A stretch of DNA of 64,000 nucleotides, taken from assembly GCA_003153555.1 (NCBI GenBank), contig PLZS01000038.1, positions 6,120 to 70,119 on the forward strand, read 5' to 3'. Position numbers and translations under genes: made by a program. Every line of letters begins with the position of its first letter. Within the stretch, counting starts at the first letter, position 1. This DNA is from Candidatus Melainabacteria bacterium (GTDB lineage Bacteria > Cyanobacteriota > Vampirovibrionia > Obscuribacterales > Obscuribacteraceae). The notes under the pieces are model-generated. The model searched no databases. It saw nothing but the letters and a program-made list of their open reading frames with translations, and had not been told where the DNA came from. Of this stretch, positions 1 through 7,638 are shown piece after piece.

Positions 1-151
1 CAGGCGTATAGCCGCAGAGCCCTTGAGCTCCATCATTCCAAGAAAGAACAAATCCATTCAGATCAAGTGTGATAACACCAGAATCAGCTATGCCTGAAAG
101 CAGCAAGCCTGCATAGTCTTCAAGTTCGAATTTGGATTTTTCTTGGTACAT
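1..151 (-). CDS. PAS-domain sensor protein, N-terminal part only (gene runs off the left edge)
   Basis: Reverse-strand ATG at 149-151. Translation MYQEKSKFELEDYAGLLLSGIADSGVITLDLNGFVLSWNDGAQGLCGYT looks like the start of a PAS fold (I..D..G.I..WN....l.GY). Too short for the ORF track. Confidence 0.4.
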   Translation of the reverse strand, partial: MYQEKSKFELEDYAGLLLSGIADSGVITLDLNGFVLSWNDGAQGLCGYTP

Positions 152-367
152 TGTGATTTAAACACGCAAAAAAGATGCGTAGAACTACTGGCTCTGATCA
201 CTAATGACCGGAGCTCATGGAAATATATGCCAACAAACTGTTGGAAATAATGACACCGCGCAACTTAGTCAAATCGATAAGTCACAGCTTTCTCTACTGG
301 CCACCATATCACATGTATTGACCAAATTGTCCAAATTGTCAATTGCCACCCTCTTTTGCTCATCTCT

Positions 368-1129
368 TCAACGTCGCATCTGTTCGACTAGTTGAGGCAA
401 CAAGCACCCTGAGGCGCCTTCCAAGAAGAAATCCGCCTCGTAGCTTAACGGTGTTCGTTCCGGGTTGCATTCGATCAATTTAGCACCATGCTTTTTCGCG
501 GTGAATGGAAATGAGGCCGCCGGCTGAACCAATCCAGATGTGCCGACCACTATGAATACGTCAGCGTGTTCTGCGGCCTTAAATGATTTGGTTAAATCCT
601 TTGGATCCAGCGCTTCGCCAAACCAGACTACATCAGGGCGAATAGGCGATCCACAAAGACAGGTTGGCGGTTCCTTCAAATCAGCTTGTACATCAAGTGC
701 GGGATGTCCGTTTTTAAAACACTTATGCCTGGCGATGTTTCCATGCAACTCAATCAAGTTTTTTGAACCAGCCAATCGATGCAAGCCATCAACATTTTGC
801 GTAATGAGCGTGAAGTCGGGAACGATTTTTTCTATTTCAACTAACGCGTAGTGACCAGGGTTTGGTGTCACACTTGATACCATCTTCCGGCGCCAGTCAT
901 ACCAGGTCCAAACCAAAGCCGGATCCCGAAGAAACCCTTCTGGAGTAGCTAGTTTCTCGGGCTCATAGTTAGCCCAAAGTCCCGTTTGAGCTTCTCGAAA
1001 GGTAGGAATTCCACTTTCTTTTGATATGCCGGCGCCTGTTAGAACCGCAACAGACTTCGCCTGCTTTAGTAAATCAGCAGCGCGCGTCAGATCACCTTCC
1101 ATAGACTCGATCCTATTTTTTCGCACCAA
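368..1129 (-). CDS. cobB: NAD-dependent protein deacylase, Sir2/CobB-family sirtuin
   Basis: Motifs GAGISKESGIPTFR, QNVDGLH and a Cys cluster (HKCF..CLCGSPIRPDVVWFGE) are typical of bacterial sirtuins. Confidence 0.9.
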   Translation of the reverse strand: MVRKNRIESMEGDLTRAADLLKQAKSVAVLTGAGISKESGIPTFREAQTGLWANYEPEKLATPEGFLRDPALVWTWYDWRRKMVSSVTPNPGHYALVEIEKIVPDFTLITQNVDGLHRLAGSKNLIELHGNIARHKCFKNGHPALDVQADLKEPPTCLCGSPIRPDVVWFGEALDPKDLTKSFKAAEHADVFIVVGTSGLVQPAASFPFTAKKHGAKLIECNPERTPLSYEADFFLEGASGCLLPQLVEQMRR

Positions 1130-2192
1130 CTAACTCTCGTGGAACATCCACGTTTGTTGGAGCTAGCGGCATCCTGTCAGCATTAAACTTCCTTTGATGC
1201 CAGTAAGGATATGGCACACGTGTCTGACTGACCTTGTCTAATCGCGCCACCTCATCTGGTGTCAAGGACCATTCAGTTGTGGAAAGATTGTCATTTAACT
1301 GATCTATCTTTCGGGCACCGATTATCAACGAAGTTACACCTGGCTTCTTCAGTAACCAGTTAAGAGAAACTTGGGAGGCGCTGACTTTGCGCGCCTTTGC
1401 AATTTCCAAAACGACATCGACAACGGTAAAGCCATGCTCAATATCCAAATCACCATAGTCGCCCCAACTTGCTCGGCGCGTGTTCGGATCCGCTTGTTGA
1501 TTGCGTTGATATTTGCCAGACAACAATCCGCCAGCAAGTGGACCCCAGACAAGAATTCCTGCGCCCTCTGCCTGACAAAGTGGTATCAGTTCATACTCCA
1601 GCTCGCGCGCGACTAAGTTGTAATAAGCCTGCAGTGAGACATATCGCTCTAAATTCTGCTTGTCCGAAATCGACAACGATTTCATCAAATGCCAAGCCGA
1701 CAAATTGGAACAGCCGATGTAGCGAACTTTACCGGCTCTGACCAAATCATCAAGCGCACGCAGAGTATGCTCGACGGAAGTCAATCCATCAAATCCATGT
1801 ATTTGATACAAATCAATGTAGTCTGTTCCAAGTCGCTTGAGACTGGCTTCACAAGCACGCACTATGTGATGTCGCGACTGACCAATGTCATTCACATCTT
1901 CGCTCATGCCTGCATGAAGTTTGGTGGCAACAAGCACCTTATCTCGTTTTTTGCCCAGAGCCTTTCCCAGAATCTCTTCTGACTTCCCAAGTGAATAAAT
2001 GTCAGCCGTGTCAAAGAGATTGATGCCGGCGTCGATGCAAACATCGACAAACTGTTTCGCTTCATCGACTTGAGTATTCCCTGCGTCTTTGAATGCGCCT
2101 TCGCCGCCGAAAGTCATCACACCGAAAGACAAAGCCGAAACTTTGAGCCCGGTATTGCCAAGAAGTCTATATTCCACAGCCTCTCCTCCCAA
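1113..2192 (-). CDS. aldo/keto reductase family oxidoreductase
   Basis: GLKVSALSFGVMTFGG, DTADIY and GKSEEILGKAL are AKR signatures. It overlaps the sirtuin start by 17 nt. Confidence 0.85.
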   Translation of the reverse strand: MGGEAVEYRLLGNTGLKVSALSFGVMTFGGEGAFKDAGNTQVDEAKQFVDVCIDAGINLFDTADIYSLGKSEEILGKALGKKRDKVLVATKLHAGMSEDVNDIGQSRHHIVRACEASLKRLGTDYIDLYQIHGFDGLTSVEHTLRALDDLVRAGKVRYIGCSNLSAWHLMKSLSISDKQNLERYVSLQAYYNLVARELEYELIPLCQAEGAGILVWGPLAGGLLSGKYQRNQQADPNTRRASWGDYGDLDIEHGFTVVDVVLEIAKARKVSASQVSLNWLLKKPGVTSLIIGARKIDQLNDNLSTTEWSLTPDEVARLDKVSQTRVPYPYWHQRKFNADRMPLAPTNVDVPRELVGAKK

Positions 2193-2239
2193 AATTGGAG
2201 AGCGAATTATCGCATGGTTGTGGCAAATATTCCTTACTT

Positions 2240-2836
2240 TCAGTCGGTCACGGTATCAGCTGAAGCGTTCAGCGCTGTCCAAGTTGCCTGATCCAACGAA
2301 TAAACGAGCGTGTCTCGGTACATGCCTTTAATGAACTTGTCTTTCGCTAACTCTGATTCTTTTCGCATGCCAATTTTCTGCATGACGCGCTCCGAAGCCA
2401 AATTCATAGCGTCACAAGTCGCTAGAATTTTGTCCATGCCTAGTTCTTCAAAAGCAAATTTCGCCAGTGCGTTTGCAGCTTCCGTTGCGTAACCTTGTCC
2501 CCAAGCTTTGCTGTGTAGCACATATCCAAGAGCGGAAATTCTCTTCTTCTTGTCTAGTATCGTGACGCTGCACGCGCCAATCAGCTTTTGGTCTCCATCA
2601 ACAATGATCGCCATGTCGAAGGTGACTCTTGGTTGTTCTTTCTGAAATCCTAGTGACTCGTTCAAGAAAACGGTCGTCTCCTTGAGTGTATTTGGACCCC
2701 ACTCAAGATATTTGGTAGTTTCTGCATCCTGCGCGTACGCGTGCACAGCAGGCAAATCGGAGTCGTGGAACTCGCGAAGAGTCAATCTCTTCGTCTTCAT
2801 GGTTACTGTGCTTTGGTCCTTCGGTTTCATCTGCAT
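2240..2836 (-). CDS. GNAT family N-acetyltransferase (RimJ/RimL-like)
   Basis: LTLREF...D...YA.D.E..KYLEWGP followed by a WGQGYATEAA acetyl-CoA loop. Confidence 0.8.
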   Translation of the reverse strand: MQMKPKDQSTVTMKTKRLTLREFHDSDLPAVHAYAQDAETTKYLEWGPNTLKETTVFLNESLGFQKEQPRVTFDMAIIVDGDQKLIGACSVTILDKKKRISALGYVLHSKAWGQGYATEAANALAKFAFEELGMDKILATCDAMNLASERVMQKIGMRKESELAKDKFIKGMYRDTLVYSLDQATWTALNASADTVTD

Positions 2837-2847
2837 TATTGGGTCTA

Positions 2848-3429
2848 TTATGTCGCAAGTAACGATTGAAAAATCGGCTTTACTAGCAGAACGACCGATT
2901 CAACCATAGCCTCGACAGAACATCGGTTTGGCATGTGCATCCATTCCTTCACTGCACCAAATATCGCCCAGCTAACGGTCGCGGCAATCATCTCGGGCGC
3001 TACAGATTTGTCCGGTGGCGCATGCTTTTTAAAACCGACTAGAATCATTCTTTTTACTACTGTAATGATTGCCAGCTCAATATGAGGCTCTATCTGCTTT
3101 TCAGCAGTAACACCACAGAGATAAATCAGATAATCACTTACCGCAAGAATCATATTCGCTAAAGCTGAGTCGCAGGTAGTGTCAAACTGCACGGCGCGTT
3201 TTGTCAAAAATTCATCAAACCTAGTCGCTATGACGCATTCGAGCAGAGCAAATTTATCTGCATAGTGCGCATAGAATGTCGCTCGATTTATCGTTGCGGC
3301 CTCAGTAATATCCTGGACCGAGATCTTATCGAACTCGCGAGTATCCAATAAAGCAGACAACGCCTCTTGCAAAAGCTTCCGTGTACGAAGGATACGAGGA
3401 TCCAAACTGATTTCATTTGCCTGTGGCAT
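2848..3429 (-). CDS. TetR/AcrR family transcriptional regulator
   Basis: N-terminal HTH ISVQDITEAATINRATFYAHYADKFAL. Confidence 0.85.
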   Translation of the reverse strand: MPQANEISLDPRILRTRKLLQEALSALLDTREFDKISVQDITEAATINRATFYAHYADKFALLECVIATRFDEFLTKRAVQFDTTCDSALANMILAVSDYLIYLCGVTAEKQIEPHIELAIITVVKRMILVGFKKHAPPDKSVAPEMIAATVSWAIFGAVKEWMHMPNRCSVEAMVESVVLLVKPIFQSLLAT

Positions 3430-3519
3430 TACTCAGAGATCCTTATTATAGGAATTGCCCATTCTGCCATTCGCTAACGACGAACGTTACGAGTCTATCT
3501 TAGCAACTTTGATACATAA

Positions 3520-3533
3520 ACAACACTTGTTGT
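3520..3533. promoter_or_regulatory. perfect 6-2-6 palindrome ACAACA-CT-TGTTGT, candidate TetR operator
   Basis: Read directly in the TetR/ADH divergent intergenic region, about 90 nt upstream of the TetR start. No other support. Confidence 0.2.
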
Positions 3534-3892
3534 ACAGTTAGACGACGGACGTCGCTTAACCGTCACTTGTTGCAAAGGCGGAAGGTGTGAAGCTGAACTG
3601 CAACGGCGGCATTGCACCTGGTATCATCGTAACCATTGCTGATCTATCGTCTTCTACAGGTTTCGCGCCGCCTTCGCCGGCATTTTCCAGAATAAGGAGC
3701 CGTAATGCCTTCGATGTCACCACTGACAGTGGCGCTTCTATACATTTTGAACCATAACGGGGCTTCGCGAAACGCTCAACAGCGCGGCAATTTATCTCGA
3801 GCCCACCAAAATCAAAGCTTGCTGAGCTGGTCCCCAAAACAATTGAAATATGAGTTATTTGCCTCAGGGCGCAGCGCATTGGTTGCCGCTTC

Positions 3893-4933
3893 ATGATGGC
3901 GCTTGTGTACCTTGGTTCTGGACGCCGGGCCTGGCAGGAGTGCCCACAGCCGGTAATTTCGCAGGCAACTGACGCTATCGTTCGCATTACCGCCACCACC
4001 ATATGTGGTACCGACCTTCACATCCTTAAAGGTGATTTACCAGCGGTTTCCACCGGCAGAATTCTTGGCCACGAAGGCGTAGGAATTGTCGAGGAAGTGG
4101 GAACCGGCGTGGTTGCTTTCAAAAAGGGTGACAGAGTTCTTATATCTTGTATAAGCTCCTGTGCAAAATGCAGTTTTTGTAGAAAGTCTATGTATTCCCA
4201 TTGCTCTACTGGTGGCTGGATTCTTGGTAATCAAATAGACGGCACGCAGGCTGAATACGTCAAAATTCCTCACGCCGATACAAGCCTTTATGCGCTTTCA
4301 TCAGATATCGATGACGAGGCCGCCACCATGTTGAGCGACATTCTGCCTACCGGGCTTGAATGTGGCGTTCTCAACGGTCTGGTCAAACCTGGCGATATTG
4401 TCGCCATTGTTGGTGCCGGACCAATTGGTTTGTCGGCCTTGCTAAACGCGAAACTCTATTCGCCGGCCGAAATTATAGTCATCGACCTCGATGACTATCG
4501 GCTAGAGACTGCGCGCTCTCTTGGAGCGACCGCAGTGATCAGCGCTGATGGTAAAACCGTGGAAGCAGTGATGACCATGACTGGCAACGCCGGAGTGGAC
4601 GTTGCCATGGAAGCCGTCGGAACTCCCGCTACCTTCGACATCTGCCAGTCGATTATCGCACCTGGCGGACGAATCGCTAACATTGGCGTTCATGGTAAGC
4701 CCGTGGAGTTTCACATCGAGAAATTGTGGTCAAGCAATATAACCTTGACCACAAGATTGGTTGATACGGTTACGACTCCCACTCTTCTCAAACTGGTGCA
4801 TTCAGGACAGCTAGATGCCAAAAAACTCATCAGTCATCGCTTTGCCCTGAATGAAATTATGAAGGCCTATGATGTTTTTGAGCATGCCGCTGAGACTCGG
4901 GCATTAAAAGTGGTGCTCAAAGTTGGTAATTAG
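3893..4933 (+). CDS. zinc-dependent alcohol dehydrogenase family protein
   Basis: GHEGVGIVEEVG zinc site, structural Cys cluster CISSCAKCSFC, Rossmann GAGPIGL. Confidence 0.9.
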   Translation: MMALVYLGSGRRAWQECPQPVISQATDAIVRITATTICGTDLHILKGDLPAVSTGRILGHEGVGIVEEVGTGVVAFKKGDRVLISCISSCAKCSFCRKSMYSHCSTGGWILGNQIDGTQAEYVKIPHADTSLYALSSDIDDEAATMLSDILPTGLECGVLNGLVKPGDIVAIVGAGPIGLSALLNAKLYSPAEIIVIDLDDYRLETARSLGATAVISADGKTVEAVMTMTGNAGVDVAMEAVGTPATFDICQSIIAPGGRIANIGVHGKPVEFHIEKLWSSNITLTTRLVDTVTTPTLLKLVHSGQLDAKKLISHRFALNEIMKAYDVFEHAAETRALKVVLKVGN

Positions 4934-4995
4934 TTACCACGCGGCGCACGGTAAGGCAATAGCGTCTAGTTATACTTGAAACCAACTCAAGATAT

Positions 4996-5373
4996 TTGCA
5001 TAACTCGGCCGCGAAGCTTGCTTCCTACACATCAGCGGATGCGACTGACTTGATTAGCAATTGTCGTGGTATTTCATCGATAGCATCGTACAAAGCCAAT
5101 GGCAAACTCTGGCAAGCAGAGCATTTGGGAGGGCTATTCATTGAATTCCTACGTACTCGGCGGGGCGATTCGCCAATAGGCTTTTTTGGAAAATTTGGTG
5201 CGATCTGGCAAGATGTAGGCAACGGAATGGCTTTTCGCACCGCATTCCAACGCTACTTCGGGCAAAGCTTGGCAGAAATGGAAAGACAGTTTATTGCGTA
5301 TATGCAAGCGACTGAGAACCACCCAGATGCTCGATTTCGAGGCACCATCTATGAGGGCACCCAACGCCAGTAA
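4996..5373 (+). CDS. hypothetical protein, possibly a C-terminal gene fragment
   Basis: TTG-initiated 125-aa ORF with no recognisable motif. Its tail (FIEFLRTRRG...AFQRYFGQSLAEMERQFIAYM) vaguely resembles the C-termini of MA-clan peptidase-like proteins. Confidence 0.3.
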   Translation: MHNSAAKLASYTSADATDLISNCRGISSIASYKANGKLWQAEHLGGLFIEFLRTRRGDSPIGFFGKFGAIWQDVGNGMAFRTAFQRYFGQSLAEMERQFIAYMQATENHPDARFRGTIYEGTQRQ

Positions 5374-5524
5374 GAAAATTGTGCAAACCACTTTCTCTTT
5401 ACATGATTGGCAACGCGCCAGCTAGTCAAGAACGACAGACAATGTTTCAAAATGATGCGCCATGCACGACTTTACCGCGCCTTGTGATGTCATCGAATCC
5501 TTTATTGATAAACTGACATCCTAA

Positions 5525-5971
5525 ATGGGAATTTGTTCGAGGAGGAACACTTCGATGGCACAAGTACAGGTCAAATCGAATACCAGCCAACAATATCAAC
5601 AAGAGATCAAGGCTGCTTCTCACTCTTTTCTCTCTGACGCGCCTAAAGAATTTGGTGGCTTAGAGACAGGTCCTGATCCGCACGAATTGCTACTCGCTTC
5701 ACTGGGCTCGTGCACAGCGATTACGCTGCAAATGTATGCCAAGAAAAAAGGCTGGGACCTCAAGAGTGTTAATGTCGACTTGCGCGAAGAATCGATAGAC
5801 GACCCTGAAAATCCCGGTAAGAAAGTTTCGAAGATAACGCGAGAGATCAAGGTCGAAGGCGATTTTGATGCAGAGCAAATCGATAGTTTGAAATCAGCTG
5901 CTGATAGATGCCCAATTCACAAATTGCTTTCAGGACCAAAACAGATTGACACGGTTTTGAATAAGAACTGA
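5525..5971 (+). CDS. OsmC/Ohr family protein
   Basis: GPDPHELLLASLGSCTAITLQMYAKKKGW is the OsmC core motif. The true start may be the MAQVQV methionine. Confidence 0.85.
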   Translation: MGICSRRNTSMAQVQVKSNTSQQYQQEIKAASHSFLSDAPKEFGGLETGPDPHELLLASLGSCTAITLQMYAKKKGWDLKSVNVDLREESIDDPENPGKKVSKITREIKVEGDFDAEQIDSLKSAADRCPIHKLLSGPKQIDTVLNKN

Positions 5972-5972
5972 A

Positions 5973-6803
5973 ATGGCTGCGCATCTTGACGTGCTTGATC
6001 TGGAAAAGATCGAATCGCGCTTGCGCACAAATTTTATTGCGCGGCCCCCGGGACGTCAAAACGAACTTTGGGAATCCATAAATTCCACCAATACAAGAGC
6101 AACAGAACTTGCATTGGAAGGTGGTGCACACGGCACACTTGTTTTAGCTCGGCAGCAATCTGCAGGTCGCGGGAGACTAGGAAGACAGTGGGTTTCACCC
6201 GCGGATTCCGGGATCTACGCAAGCTTTTTACTGCGACCAGATCCAACATCATTACCGAATCTTTCAACAATAACATTGGCAGTCGGCGTTGCCGTTGCCA
6301 GAGCGATTCGAAATAGCGTCGGTGTAGATGTCGGACTGAAGTGGGTGAACGACCTTGTGGTGGATGGACGAAAACTTGGTGGCATCTTGTGCGAAATGTC
6401 TGCGCGACCAAGTGGAAACGCACTGATCATCGGGATCGGAATAAATATTCGCTTCGACGTGGACGAGTTGCCCGATGACTTGCGCGAAAAAATGACATGG
6501 CTTGAAAGAATCACCGGGCAACCTGTGGATCCAAATGTCGTCATTGCCGAAATTGCAAATCAACTGGAAGAGGTTTATTTCTTACTTCTGGACAAACAAT
6601 CTGATTTAGTTTTGGCTGACTGGCGCAAGCGGTCGATTACATTAGGACGCAGAATCATAGCCACTTCCGGAGAGCGCACCATCGAAGGAGAAGCAATAGA
6701 TATCGCACCAAGTGGTGCGTTAATTGTTGATGACGGCAAAGAAAAAATCGAGTTGCACGCCGGCGAAATATCTATTAGAAACGCTGATGGTAGTTATTGT
6801 TGA
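5973..6803 (+). CDS. birA: biotin--[acetyl-CoA-carboxylase] ligase (no N-terminal HTH)
   Basis: QSAGRGRLGRQW (GRGRxGRxW) and KWVNDL motifs. Its 276-aa length fits a group I ligase. Confidence 0.85.
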   Translation: MAAHLDVLDLEKIESRLRTNFIARPPGRQNELWESINSTNTRATELALEGGAHGTLVLARQQSAGRGRLGRQWVSPADSGIYASFLLRPDPTSLPNLSTITLAVGVAVARAIRNSVGVDVGLKWVNDLVVDGRKLGGILCEMSARPSGNALIIGIGINIRFDVDELPDDLREKMTWLERITGQPVDPNVVIAEIANQLEEVYFLLLDKQSDLVLADWRKRSITLGRRIIATSGERTIEGEAIDIAPSGALIVDDGKEKIELHAGEISIRNADGSYC

Positions 6804-6834
6804 AAGGGTCACGCTGATGTTTTGAACGCGCTCG

Positions 6835-7032
6835 CTATTTTTTTGTCGTCTGACAAAACATCCAAACACAGACCAGTAATTCTAGAACCGCCATGGACTT
6901 TGGCAATACAGAGCCATTGCCAATTTTCTCAACTCCACGCTGCCAGAACTTGGCCCAGGCTTGAGGTGAACGCGCAAGCCAGATCCCATCAACTAAACCC
7001 CACACACATAACAGTCTAACAAGAAGATGCAT
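6835..7032 (-). CDS. small hydrophobic protein, hypothetical
   Basis: 65-aa ORF with two hydrophobic segments. A same-size plus-strand ORF overlaps it, so the choice of strand is weak. Confidence 0.3.
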   Translation of the reverse strand: MHLLVRLLCVWGLVDGIWLARSPQAWAKFWQRGVEKIGNGSVLPKSMAVLELLVCVWMFCQTTKK

Positions 7033-7056
7033 GAGAATCTCCCATTGGTAGGTTTG

Positions 7057-7638
7057 CTAATAACTGATTAGTGAGAATATTTCGGCATCTTGTGGAAGCT
7101 TTGTGCGTCCGCCCAAAAATGCTAATTCCACGAGAAAGCCGATTCCGACGACATTTGCACCAAGCACTTGCATAAGCTTGTAAGCGGCACCGGCGGTGCC
7201 ACCAGTAGCCAGCAAGTCATCAATTAACACTACTCGATCGTTTTTCTCAACCGCATCGGCGTGCACTTCAATGCAATCAGTGCCGTACTCTAGAGCATAC
7301 TCAAGCTTTTGCACTACATGAGGGAGTTTGCCTGGTTTGCGAATTGGAACGAAACCAACACCCAATTTATAGGCAATGATTGGTCCCAATATGAAACCAC
7401 GGGCCTCAATGCCGGCTATGTATTTTGGATTAAGGGCGCGACACTTCTCAGTAAGCGCATCGATGGCAAATGTAAAAGCGTCAACATCCTTCAGCAGCGG
7501 AGTCAGATCTTTAAACATGATTCCTGGCTTCGGAAAATCTGGAATGTCCCGAATCTTGCTTTTGATCCAATCTTGCTTTTCGGTGCTAAGCGGAAGGCCT
7601 AACTGTTCCAATTTGCTCTTGTCCACTTGGGTACTCAT
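7057..7638 (-). CDS. apt: adenine phosphoribosyltransferase
   Basis: IRDIPDFPKPGIMFKD and PRPP loop VVLIDDLLATGGTA. The start overlaps the recJ 3' end by 53 nt, so it may lie further downstream. Confidence 0.9.
   Translation of the reverse strand: MSTQVDKSKLEQLGLPLSTEKQDWIKSKIRDIPDFPKPGIMFKDLTPLLKDVDAFTFAIDALTEKCRALNPKYIAGIEARGFILGPIIAYKLGVGFVPIRKPGKLPHVVQKLEYALEYGTDCIEVHADAVEKNDRVVLIDDLLATGGTAGAAYKLMQVLGANVVGIGFLVELAFLGGRTKLPQDAEIFSLISY

Noticed and set aside
3556-4002. A 148-aa minus-strand ORF in the TetR/ADH intergenic region.
   Set aside because: It overlaps the ADH start, has odd composition and no motif. It is more likely non-coding promoter space, although the 460-nt gap is long.
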